Positions 36,816 through 45,539 of a DNA stretch of 64,000 nucleotides are shown one piece after another. Below the pieces are notes generated by a model. That model made no database searches. It saw only the letters and a program-made list of their open reading frames with translations, and was not told the DNA's origin. The first letter of the stretch is position 1, and each line of letters opens with the position of its first letter. The translations under genes and the position numbers were made by a program. The stretch lies in the IMG/VR virus record IMGVR_UViG_3300020204_000044. One strand, written 5' to 3'. This stretch comes from an uncultured virus (IMG/VR IMGVR_UViG_3300020204_000044). Its lineage: Duplodnaviria > Heunggongvirae > Uroviricota > Caudoviricetes.

Positions 36816-36998
36816 TTACTTCTTGGCTGCTTCTTTCTTCTCGTCCTTTTTAGCAGGAGCAGGTGCTGCTTTGGCATCGGCAGGTTTGGCTGCAGGTGCT
36901 GCGGCTGCTGGCTTTGCTTCTTCTTTCTTAGCAGGTGCCTGTGCAAATGCTGTGGTCGCTGCGAAAAGAGCAGCGGTTAATGCGACGACTGATTTCAT
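36816..36998 (-). CDS. Small secreted Ala/Lys/Pro-rich protein
   Basis: Signal peptide MKSVVALTAALFAATTAFA then PAKKEEAK-type repeats; GGAG SD; hairpin downstream near 36781-36802. Confidence 0.75.
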   Translation of the reverse strand: MKSVVALTAALFAATTAFAQAPAKKEEAKPAAAAPAAKPADAKAAPAPAKKDEKKEAAKK

Positions 36999-37096
36999 AT
37001 GAAAATCTCCATTTAAAATGAAAGCAGAATGTTTCTGCTAATTTATATATTGCGCTGGAAATATTCTAAGATGAAAAGTGGTTTGGAAAAATGGCC

Positions 37097-37128
37097 AAAA
37101 GAAAAGGTTCCGGAGAACCTTTCTTTTC
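37097..37128 (-). terminator. Intrinsic terminator
   Basis: AAGGTTC-CGGA-GAACCTT stem with flanking A/T tracts, right after the stop at 37134. Confidence 0.7.
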
Positions 37129-37133
37129 GTAGC

Positions 37134-39323
37134 TTAGTAGCCTAGGCCTTGTGCTATGCCTGATAATCTGCGGATGTCTTCCAATTCAGGGATAGGTTCA
37201 ACTGCTTCTCCTTTTGACTTACTGCTATGCTGTGCTCGAGAATACATATCAAGTAAATCTCCGACAAAATCTTCATCATATCTTAGAATATAGTCGGCTC
37301 TCTTCTTGCCTAATTCTTTGACCATGATCTCATAGGCTGCATCGACCACTTCATCTCCTCCGCGTTTCACGCTGAGATTTGGATTCTCTGCGAATAGTCT
37401 ATTGCCCAAATCAAAAGCATAATGTCGTTCTGCAGGTTCTTCATCGTCCTCGTCGTCTTCTGGACTGATATCTCTAATACGATCTCCTTCTTGTTGCACA
37501 CCTGCTAACTCTCTCATACGGCCTAGTTCTGCTAATTCTTCTGCACCCGCTTCCTGATGTGGAGCCATTCTTTCAACAAATTTGCGAGCCACCTGTTCGG
37601 CTTCTTCGCCAAACTTCTTGCCTACCATTACTACAACACCTTCTGGACCTTTGGGGAATGTGCCTGTGTTGCGATCATAAAATGAACCGATAAATTCTGC
37701 CAGTCCTTGTACGTCCATGGCCTGTCGCATGCCTTTCTTGGCTAGATGTCTCGCCCTGTGTTTGATCGTGTTCCCGAACTCGTCTTTGTCCGAAGGATTT
37801 TCATCGGGTACAAACGGTAGGTCGTCCTTGTCGTCGTTTCTCTTGTCGGGATCGTCCCCGGCCATCTGTGGTTCTTCTTCCGGTGCAGTTTGGTCACCTC
37901 CTTGGTCTGCTGCCGGCTCATCGACCATATCGCCGAAGTCCAATTGATCTACTATCTCGGGTGCGTTCTGTTCTAGCCAATTTTTAATTAACGGTCTTAC
38001 GCAACTGTCGGGATCTTCCTTGGCCTGATCTTTGATTTCTTTATACAATTTGGGATCTTCTATGATGCCTTTGAGACTTTCGATAGCGTTAGAACCGTCT
38101 ACTCCTGCAGGAAAATGTTCGCCTACCAGTTCTTGTAGTTCTTTTATTGCCTGTGTCTGTTCTTCTTGGTCGGATGAGGTTATGGCGGATTCTTCGCCTA
38201 ACCCCATCACCCAACTTTCAAATTTATCGAAATAATTACCTTCATCATTTTCGACTACATCTACTTCGTCATTGACCATGTCTTCTTGTGTCATCGCGAC
38301 TATGTCGTCATAGCCTATCGAACTTTCTTCCTGCATCAATCGATAGATCACAGGAAATACTGATTTAATATCTTCTTTGAAATTTTTGACAGTGAACTTT
38401 TCTGTATATTCTTCTGCGACTTCTTGTGGAACCTCTATTTGTTCTCTGGCCTGGAAACTTTCTTTGTATGCTTCGTAGTGGCCTTGTTTGGCTATTTTTT
38501 GTATGGTTTCTCTTAGGTCGTTTAGGGCCTGTGTACTGCGTTCTACTATACCATTGGTATCTGAATTCATCAGATCATTTCGGACAACATAATTTCCAAA
38601 ACTCTTGAGTTGTGCGATTTCTTCGCTCATTTGGATGATACTCTTACCTAGATCATCGTAGGGCAATCCACCATTGGCCACATGGCGCTGCATAGCTCGT
38701 GCGCCTGCTAGATGTATGAACGGATATTTAAATCTTTCGCCGTCTTGGTTTTCTACGAACAGCGCAGATATATGACGTGTCCTAGCGCCTGGCTGTGTGT
38801 CGTCCATTACCGCTTGGCTGTGTTTGATGATGAGGCGTGTGTCCATCAACTTCTGGTAACTCATGGTTTTGGTACCATATAGTGTGCTTTCGTTCATAAC
38901 TTGTTCTCCGACCGGCTGTACGATAGTATTTGGTTGTTCTTTGGGTTTGTTGTGTTGGCTCAGGAATTCGTAATCTCTTTTATCTAGATTATCTTTGGCG
39001 ATATCCCTGGTATCAAACGCCATCAATCTACGTTTGGCAAATGTGCGCAATTCTTTTAAAAAGTCATACCAATGATCTTTTTGCTTACCGTCCATGCTTT
39101 CCGTGATTCCGGTGCTGAAATAAACTTTCATGGAATTTTCTTCTGCGAGACTAATACTGACATGACCTATAGGCGTTTCACCCTCCATGTAATCAAAATC
39201 GAAGAATCTCGCTTGTTCTGGATTGATGGTTAACTGTCCTGTCTCGTCTCCAAGTTTCAACCCGCGGAAACGGCTACGGACCTTGTAGAAAAGATCTGTG
39301 GCTATGTTATTTGTAGCATTCAT
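37134..39323 (-). CDS. Large acidic late protein, probable head/core component (start moved to 39323)
   Basis: TAAATA-N5-ATG; next to terminase; repeated R.LAG/R.LSG motif near the C-terminus. Confidence 0.6.
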   Translation of the reverse strand: MNATNNIATDLFYKVRSRFRGLKLGDETGQLTINPEQARFFDFDYMEGETPIGHVSISLAEENSMKVYFSTGITESMDGKQKDHWYDFLKELRTFAKRRLMAFDTRDIAKDNLDKRDYEFLSQHNKPKEQPNTIVQPVGEQVMNESTLYGTKTMSYQKLMDTRLIIKHSQAVMDDTQPGARTRHISALFVENQDGERFKYPFIHLAGARAMQRHVANGGLPYDDLGKSIIQMSEEIAQLKSFGNYVVRNDLMNSDTNGIVERSTQALNDLRETIQKIAKQGHYEAYKESFQAREQIEVPQEVAEEYTEKFTVKNFKEDIKSVFPVIYRLMQEESSIGYDDIVAMTQEDMVNDEVDVVENDEGNYFDKFESWVMGLGEESAITSSDQEEQTQAIKELQELVGEHFPAGVDGSNAIESLKGIIEDPKLYKEIKDQAKEDPDSCVRPLIKNWLEQNAPEIVDQLDFGDMVDEPAADQGGDQTAPEEEPQMAGDDPDKRNDDKDDLPFVPDENPSDKDEFGNTIKHRARHLAKKGMRQAMDVQGLAEFIGSFYDRNTGTFPKGPEGVVVMVGKKFGEEAEQVARKFVERMAPHQEAGAEELAELGRMRELAGVQQEGDRIRDISPEDDEDDEEPAERHYAFDLGNRLFAENPNLSVKRGGDEVVDAAYEIMVKELGKKRADYILRYDEDFVGDLLDMYSRAQHSSKSKGEAVEPIPELEDIRRLSGIAQGLGY

Positions 39324-39334
39324 AAGAGTATTTA

Positions 39335-40921
39335 TCAAAAACCTGTGCTGACGAAAATAGGCATAGGCATCTGATCTTCAGAGATTTTATCAGTCATTTT
39401 TTCGTAGATTTTTGGATCCCAGTCGGCCAAGATCGCAGCCATGCGCAATATCAGCAGTGTGCTGGACACGAGATCGTCGTTCTCCCCAGTCTTGGCCCCA
39501 AACCCTATACCGTGCGCCACATAATTTTTTAGTTCGCTAATCAAGGGTTTGCTGTGTATGCGCATCTTGCTGGTTTCTACCATATGTTTGAATTGGCTGC
39601 AGGCAGCGATTTTCGTTTTGTGCGTGGTATTAAATCCTTTGCGGAATTTACGGAAATGGCCTTTGCGTATAGGCTCGCTGAGAAACAGTCCAGCGAAATT
39701 TTCTTCCCCTATATTATTGATGCAGATAAGAGCGCTTTCTCCTACTGTGTTATTTTCTACCGAATAATAGATCTGAGGATTTCCACCTCGTTCTTTTCCT
39801 CGTGTAGCGATATAATTGCAGATTTCTTTGAGATGTTTAGCCTGTGATTGCACAGGAGTTAGATTATGATGCCATTCTGCTATCTGTTCCATCGCGGGCA
39901 ATTCAAAGACCTGGATGGCCGAATAATCTCCCCCAGTTCCGAGACTGGGATCTAATGCCACTAGGTAGGTGCAACGAGGATCTATGTCTTTGTACCAACG
40001 AGTTTGTCCCATGGTCATCGTGGGGTCGTCTCCTTTGAGTTCTGCCAATTTTACAGAATTAATCAAAGTCTCGTCAAATATTAAGAATTCGCAATCAAAT
40101 TCTCGACGGAAACGCTCCTCTCCGATTTTAGCACGTTCTACACGAGCCCATTCTTCATCACGGTCGGGGTGCTCACTCCAGTGTGCATAATAACTGAAAA
40201 AACCATTGACTCCTACTCGCTGTTCATTGCCGTATTCGTCGAATCGATTGTTGGCTTCAGTCCAGATTAGTGCGAACTGATCTTCGTCCGAGTTAGGTGT
40301 AGAAGTGATGATACATTTACCACCAGTGGACAGAGTAGGTGATAGTGCGGTCCAAAATTCTTTGGCTTTTTCTGGGGGCTGCACGAACGCGAACTCGTCG
40401 CAGTAGATCAGTGAAAGACTTTTACCGCGTCCTGTGGTTTCTGTTGTGGTAGTCGCTTGTATGCGACTGCCATTATCGTATTCAATGGTATTACGATTAT
40501 AACTATGCACTCCGGCTCGTATAAAGTCAGGCAGATTTTCATAACCATAACGATAACGATTCATGATGTCCTGTGCACCGTCATATTTGTGCGCAGCGAT
40601 CAACACTTGGCATTCAGGAACGAACATAGTATACCAGAGGAGATATCCGGTAGCGCAGGTCGTCTTTCCTGACTGCCTTGGTAACATCGCTATGGTTTGC
40701 TTGTGTTCTTGATAGGCATTGATTAGATTAACCTGGTATTCGTAGGGATCAAATGCGATAGCACCACGCACTGGATGCTGTATCTTTAGGAAATTCCTAC
40801 AGAAGTAGAGAGGACCTGTTACTGGATCTAAACAGGCTTCTAGATGTTTGACTTCTTCTAGTGTATATTTTTGCTTGGCGAAGGCCTTTTTGACCAATAC
40901 GCCGTCTAATGATTTTCCCAT
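39335..40921 (-). CDS. gp17: Terminase large subunit
   Basis: PRQSGKTT, YCDEFAF, ITSTPN, F.REF.CEF, nuclease D.S.G.GGDYS, VENN, DDLV. Confidence 0.95.
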   Translation of the reverse strand: MGKSLDGVLVKKAFAKQKYTLEEVKHLEACLDPVTGPLYFCRNFLKIQHPVRGAIAFDPYEYQVNLINAYQEHKQTIAMLPRQSGKTTCATGYLLWYTMFVPECQVLIAAHKYDGAQDIMNRYRYGYENLPDFIRAGVHSYNRNTIEYDNGSRIQATTTTETTGRGKSLSLIYCDEFAFVQPPEKAKEFWTALSPTLSTGGKCIITSTPNSDEDQFALIWTEANNRFDEYGNEQRVGVNGFFSYYAHWSEHPDRDEEWARVERAKIGEERFRREFDCEFLIFDETLINSVKLAELKGDDPTMTMGQTRWYKDIDPRCTYLVALDPSLGTGGDYSAIQVFELPAMEQIAEWHHNLTPVQSQAKHLKEICNYIATRGKERGGNPQIYYSVENNTVGESALICINNIGEENFAGLFLSEPIRKGHFRKFRKGFNTTHKTKIAACSQFKHMVETSKMRIHSKPLISELKNYVAHGIGFGAKTGENDDLVSSTLLILRMAAILADWDPKIYEKMTDKISEDQMPMPIFVSTGF

Positions 40922-40938
40922 ACAGTTATTTACTGGAA

Positions 40939-40963
40939 AAAATAGGCTCCGGAGAGCCTATTT
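40939..40963 (-). terminator. Intrinsic terminator
   Basis: AAATAGGCTC-CGGA-GAGCCTATTT with a T-run on the minus strand. Confidence 0.75.
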
Positions 40964-40989
40964 GGTTGCTATCGACTATAAAATCTTTC

Positions 40990-41808
40990 CTAGGATTTTT
41001 TCGCTTCGTTTAATCTACGCTGTAGTTCCGTACGGATCTGGGCACGTAAATCAGTGCTTTCATATGCACCGGCAGCCATAGGATTGTCACCGCGATATGG
41101 TTTACCGCTGAAACTTTTCTTGGGTCTATTTAGATCAGTGCCATCGGGGACAGCAGCATCCATGCCCTTATACTCCGGTTCTGCACCACCAATCGGTGAG
41201 TTACCAAATGCTTCTTCCTTTTCACCTTTTTTAATATCTCCTGTACCTTTTCCATTGATTTTAATTTCTTCACCAGGAGGGGTATTTTTAACAGCCAATC
41301 CATAGGCATTGCCTTCTTCCTTATCTTTCTTTTCCATATCATGATCGTCCATATCATGATCGCCGTCATTGTCTCGATCTAGACTAGCCCCTAAACCTCC
41401 TGGTTGTGAGCCCTTATCTTTTTCTCCACCGGGCTTGTCGTCGTTATCAGCATCCATGTCTGGTAGCATTTTTAACGGTCCCGAATCTAGGTTACCTAAT
41501 TTAAGAGGTGACATACCCATCGGCGGCATATCGGTTGGTTTATCCATAGGACCAACACTAATCGAAGGCAATGGCGGCATCGGAGGTTTATCCATGTCCG
41601 GATTGACCTTCGTGACCAATTTCATTAGATCTTCGATGTTATCCATGCCCTGCGCATTTAGATTGATGCTCATGCTAGGCGGAGCCACGGGAGGATCGTT
41701 TGCCGGCGGCATAGGAGATCCGCAGCCCATCTCGTCCGTTATTTGTTCTACTGTAGATGCAGGCTGATCTAACTGTTGCATCTTGGCTAATAATTCATGA
41801 AAATTCAT
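40990..41808 (-). CDS. Low-complexity probable prohead core/internal protein
   Basis: Pro/Met/Asp-rich, DRDNDGD motif, late operon. Confidence 0.55.
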   Translation of the reverse strand: MNFHELLAKMQQLDQPASTVEQITDEMGCGSPMPPANDPPVAPPSMSINLNAQGMDNIEDLMKLVTKVNPDMDKPPMPPLPSISVGPMDKPTDMPPMGMSPLKLGNLDSGPLKMLPDMDADNDDKPGGEKDKGSQPGGLGASLDRDNDGDHDMDDHDMEKKDKEEGNAYGLAVKNTPPGEEIKINGKGTGDIKKGEKEEAFGNSPIGGAEPEYKGMDAAVPDGTDLNRPKKSFSGKPYRGDNPMAAGAYESTDLRAQIRTELQRRLNEAKKS

Positions 41809-41810
41809 AT

Positions 41811-42377
41811 TTAACTCCCCATTGGGCTTTTTGTACCTGCTTTATCGATCTTGGCCTTGGGCAGTTTGTATTCGACCTGTCCCTGATCTTTCTTACGAGC
41901 CTTGGCTGATTTTTCTAGATCTTTCAAAAATGATTTATTAAAATCAGCACCAAAATAATCCTTGTGTTTGATCTTACCTGAATTTTTATCTAAATCAGTT
42001 TCGCTGAGCAATGCTTCTTTGTTGATCTCACTGTCCAACATGGCTTGATCTTCTTCTGTAGGTTCCCCGCTGCCTCTCACACGGAAACAACCTTCTTCGA
42101 TGCCCATATTTTTAATATCTTGAGAAATTTCAGGAGCGGTCACTGGATATTCGCAAACAACTTCGAAAATATGCACTTCTTTGTTTTCCATATTTGGAAA
42201 ATCTAATGGTAATTTTTGTATAGGAGTAGTCGTGATCTTTTCTATGGTCAGAACTTTGCAGCGATCCAGCCTAGTCTTTAGACCTTCCTGGAATTTCTCA
42301 GGGAGATCACCAGCAACTTTGACTTTGAAACTGTAGACTTTTTGGTTTTCGGTAAGATATTGTTTGAAACTTTTCAT
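41811..42377 (-). CDS. Probable head-packaged protein
   Basis: N-terminus MKSFKQYLTE resembles the T4 capsid-targeting sequence; TAAATA-N5-ATG. Confidence 0.6.
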   Translation of the reverse strand: MKSFKQYLTENQKVYSFKVKVAGDLPEKFQEGLKTRLDRCKVLTIEKITTTPIQKLPLDFPNMENKEVHIFEVVCEYPVTAPEISQDIKNMGIEEGCFRVRGSGEPTEEDQAMLDSEINKEALLSETDLDKNSGKIKHKDYFGADFNKSFLKDLEKSAKARKKDQGQVEYKLPKAKIDKAGTKSPMGS

Positions 42378-42385
42378 ATATGTAT

Positions 42386-42865
42386 TTATTCCTTGTTGCC
42401 TAGTTTTTTCAACAGTTCATTCCGGTCGGTGATGATGTAACCTTGCCCGTTGATCACATCGTTAAGATCTTCATTGGAATCTTTATCTATCTTATATTTT
42501 TTCAACTGTAAATCTACTGCTTTTAGTTTTTTCTCGATCTTAGCGCTCTTGGCATCTATGGCGTTTTTAAGCATCGAGCCAGCGACCTCAAAAATACGGC
42601 CGCTATATCGTACTTCCACATTCATGCCTAGATCCATTAGGTCGTCATAGGCCTGTTCTGCTTTGCTGGCTAGATTATCTAGTTCTTTATCGTCCAGTTC
42701 GTCTAGTTCTTTGATCTGAGGAAGACCTTTGGTTATTTCTGCCACAGCCTGATAACTGTCATCTAGGCTGCGTACTTCCTGATGTTCTTTGACAGGCTTC
42801 AGCGGATCTTCTTTGTTGACTGCAGATCGTTCGAGATTCAATAATTCTTCTAGTTTTTTAGTCAT
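42386..42865 (-). CDS. Probable terminase small subunit (start moved to 42865)
   Basis: Helical; R.FEVA..ML, DRNELLK tail; near gp17 and gp4. Confidence 0.55.
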   Translation of the reverse strand: MTKKLEELLNLERSAVNKEDPLKPVKEHQEVRSLDDSYQAVAEITKGLPQIKELDELDDKELDNLASKAEQAYDDLMDLGMNVEVRYSGRIFEVAGSMLKNAIDAKSAKIEKKLKAVDLQLKKYKIDKDSNEDLNDVINGQGYIITDRNELLKKLGNKE

Positions 42866-42872
42866 AGTGTAC

Positions 42873-43313
42873 TTATCTACGTTTTCCGCCTTGATGGAAA
42901 ATGTCGTCTTCGTTGATGATCCGGAATCTAACATTCTGCTGCTGGCACCATTTGCTAGCGGCTTCCCATTTCGCTATATTTTTCACATACTGTTCTTGAT
43001 TATACAGACTCTTACCGACTTTTTCCAAGATCATCTGATTGCTGGGTTTTACCTCGACAACTTCTGCATGTTTTTTTCCGCCTTTGTCTTTGTAAACGAT
43101 AAAAAAATCTGGCACATAGATAGTATATTTTCCAGTTAGAGGATCTCTGTAAGGTATCTGTATGCTTTCCGACGCCCAGTTTTCTACTCCTGGATGTTCG
43201 TCTAACATACGCATGAAAACAAATTCCCAACTAGATCTAGCCAATGGAGTTTTCTTTCCCACATACTTGTCGGGATTTTTCATTTCAAAACGTCCCTGCG
43301 CAAATTTAACCAT
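42873..43313 (-). CDS. gp4: Head completion nuclease (T4 gp4-like, TnsA-type)
   Basis: NP.KY.G, RSSWE, WASE..IPY, YVPDF, EVKP, KW.AA. Confidence 0.88.
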   Translation of the reverse strand: MVKFAQGRFEMKNPDKYVGKKTPLARSSWEFVFMRMLDEHPGVENWASESIQIPYRDPLTGKYTIYVPDFFIVYKDKGGKKHAEVVEVKPSNQMILEKVGKSLYNQEQYVKNIAKWEAASKWCQQQNVRFRIINEDDIFHQGGKRR

Positions 43314-43684
43314 TAGGCAAAGATATTCCTAGTTTGATTTTGTTTTTCGACTGAAGTTATCTTGTAGCCAAGCACACTGGTCGCGCTTCTATTATTGTTT
43401 AATATTTCTGCCACGATGGCGCTGATCTGAACACCATTGAATGTTTTCAAAGTATCTATTAATTTAAATACTGGAACTCCGTCTATTTTAGCCTGTCGTA
43501 GCAGTACCTGAGCAGTGACGATGCTGGCATCATCGTTGAACCCGCGACTTTGGAAAAATCCTATGGCTGCCGAAACTTCGTTGGCCGTGAATTCTAACTC
43601 TAGATTACCGTAGGTGTTGAAAAACGCTTTGGTAGCAGAAGCACTGTCCTCGTCACGCTTGAAGGGCAAATTAGTTAAGGCCAT
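43313..43684 (-). CDS. Conserved hypothetical late protein
   Basis: GFF..RGF...A pattern; structural operon. Confidence 0.7.
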   Translation of the reverse strand: MALTNLPFKRDEDSASATKAFFNTYGNLELEFTANEVSAAIGFFQSRGFNDDASIVTAQVLLRQAKIDGVPVFKLIDTLKTFNGVQISAIVAEILNNNRSATSVLGYKITSVEKQNQTRNIFA

Positions 43685-43701
43685 CCTAGTCTCCGTATAG
43701 G

Positions 43702-44832
43702 TTATCGATCATCTGCGGGGTTAACCAATCTCTTTTGTGTGGCAGTTGTACCGGTGGCAGTGCCTGAATTTTTTGGAAACGCCGCACCTACGATACCGCC
43801 TACTGTATTGATGGTTCCTCTTACCGTAGCAGGATTACTTAAGATATTGATAGCCTCTTGTTTCAATCCTTCTTTGCTAAGGCTTTTAAAATTCTTCGCG
43901 GTATTAATGGCCTTGATAGCAGTACCTAAAAATCCTCCGACTGACCCGAACGCAGAACCGCCGGCAACATCTCCGAATATCTGTTCTAGGCCATCTAATA
44001 CTCCACCTTCGCCTAATAGAGTCGATACCCCACCGCCTGCGACTGTAAGCGGACTTGGAACATTATCGTAATAAAGATTTGCAAATCCTTTGGGATTGTT
44101 TCTAGAAACATTTCCGCTGCTGTAGATAACTGATTCATATTCTATGCCCATGGAAGTTTCATTGAAATCATTTGCTGTATAATCCATGCTACCATGACCC
44201 CAATTAGTAACTTTAGGATTGATCAGGGTATATCCGAGAAATCTCCTGCGACTCATAGTATAGATGCTGATAGATGTGAAAAAATCAGTAGACCTTCCTG
44301 CTCGATCTAGACCATATCTATAACTGTCGACCACGGATCCTTCTGGCCGCAGGGCCGTCTTAAAAAACGCTCTTTCTGGATTATGCCGATCTTGGACATA
44401 AGCACCCATATACAATGCCCACAAGGCATTGATTACACCGGCACTATCATCATGGAAGGTCATGTTTATACCTTCATATGTAAAATTTTTATAAAAGATT
44501 TTTTTTCTATTGTATTGATTTTTTGTGACGGTTTCAAATTTAAATTTTGGAAGATCTGTAGTCTTGATCAGATATCCTATTTCATCTGCATGTTTATTAG
44601 AAAATATCGGGGATGACAATATAGACTTATCTATTTCAAATCGCACGTAATAAAGGAATTTCGTACGAGGTGTCAATCTATAACTGTTATCTAAAAACAG
44701 TCTAGATGCATGTCGCCAGTCGGCAAGTCCTCCTTTAGGATTCGTTAGTCCGCCTGCAACTCCGCTTAAAAATCTGCCCACAGAGCTGCTACCGCCTTGG
44801 CCAGTTAAAAATCTTGTAAATTTATTTGCCAT
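43702..44832 (-). CDS. Tail-tube-fold protein (gp54/gp48-like tube initiator)
   Basis: K..DLPK...NQYNRK, I..TFHDD, YTL.NP; follows gp19. Confidence 0.65.
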   Translation of the reverse strand: MANKFTRFLTGQGGSSSVGRFLSGVAGGLTNPKGGLADWRHASRLFLDNSYRLTPRTKFLYYVRFEIDKSILSSPIFSNKHADEIGYLIKTTDLPKFKFETVTKNQYNRKKIFYKNFTYEGINMTFHDDSAGVINALWALYMGAYVQDRHNPERAFFKTALRPEGSVVDSYRYGLDRAGRSTDFFTSISIYTMSRRRFLGYTLINPKVTNWGHGSMDYTANDFNETSMGIEYESVIYSSGNVSRNNPKGFANLYYDNVPSPLTVAGGGVSTLLGEGGVLDGLEQIFGDVAGGSAFGSVGGFLGTAIKAINTAKNFKSLSKEGLKQEAINILSNPATVRGTINTVGGIVGAAFPKNSGTATGTTATQKRLVNPADDR

Positions 44833-44849
44833 ACAGATATTTATGCCAC

Positions 44850-44879
44850 AAAAAAACCCAGAAAAATCTGGGTTCTTTG
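44850..44879 (-). terminator. Intrinsic terminator after the tail tube gene
   Basis: AACCCAGA-AAAA-TCTGGGTT followed by a T-run on the minus strand. Confidence 0.65.
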
Positions 44880-44895
44880 TCAGCCTTGTTGTCTT

Positions 44896-45537
44896 TTACT
44901 GTGCGCCGCTTCGTCCTGTTACTGCTTCGCCGAGCGTTCTTCCTATTAGAGCACCAATACCTCGTTCGACTCCCGTGCCGCTGGCCCCCGCGAATTGCAC
45001 GGCATTATCGTATTTGACCGTGAGAGCCACTGTCATGGGCTCATTATTGGCGTAGTTTGCCTCACCGTAATCTACACTAGATAAGAAACAGCCATACAGT
45101 TCCCATTTTTCTAGGATGTTTGGCTCGAGATTACCGTTTCCTCCATCCATCATTTCGATATTGGCTTGGAATTTATAATCAATACCTGATCTCGCAGAGG
45201 CCTGTTCCATGAAATCAAACTGTTTCTGGATCTGTTGACCAACTAATTTCTGTACTTGACCGTTGGCATCGTCACGCAAGTTGATGGTCACGTCATCCCA
45301 GCTCGGTTTACCGGCCAGTTTAACCTTGGAGTTATAGATCGGAATCTCCATTTCTTCAAAGGTCACAGTCGGACGTTTTACATCGCTGACCTGTTTGGTT
45401 AACTCTGTGCTGGCCTCAACACCGAATCCTAGCAGTATCACCCTAAAGCGATACTGTAGTTTAGGCATTAGCAGCGCGGTGCCGCTGTTGCCGTTACTGG
45501 TTGGAACTGAAATTCTATTTAAGGATGTTAGTGCCAT
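44896..45537 (-). CDS. gp19: Tail tube protein
   Basis: PKLQYRFRV, RP.V.F, AGK..W..., W.L.GCF; directly after the sheath. Confidence 0.85.
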   Translation of the reverse strand: MALTSLNRISVPTSNGNSGTALLMPKLQYRFRVILLGFGVEASTELTKQVSDVKRPTVTFEEMEIPIYNSKVKLAGKPSWDDVTINLRDDANGQVQKLVGQQIQKQFDFMEQASARSGIDYKFQANIEMMDGGNGNLEPNILEKWELYGCFLSSVDYGEANYANNEPMTVALTVKYDNAVQFAGASGTGVERGIGALIGRTLGEAVTGRSGAQ

Positions 45538-45539
45538 TT

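Noticed and set aside
36668..36980. Overlapping ORFs 36668-36946 (-) and 36699-36980 (+)
   Set aside because: Alternative frames of the low-complexity secreted protein gene 36816-36998.
8643..40921. Inteins or introns in helicase, UvsW, UvsX or terminase
   Set aside because: Lengths are normal and the motifs are contiguous.
42873..43313. TnsA-like nuclease as a sign of a Tn7 transposon
   Set aside because: Size and context match T4 gp4 head completion protein; no tnsB/tnsC or terminal repeats.
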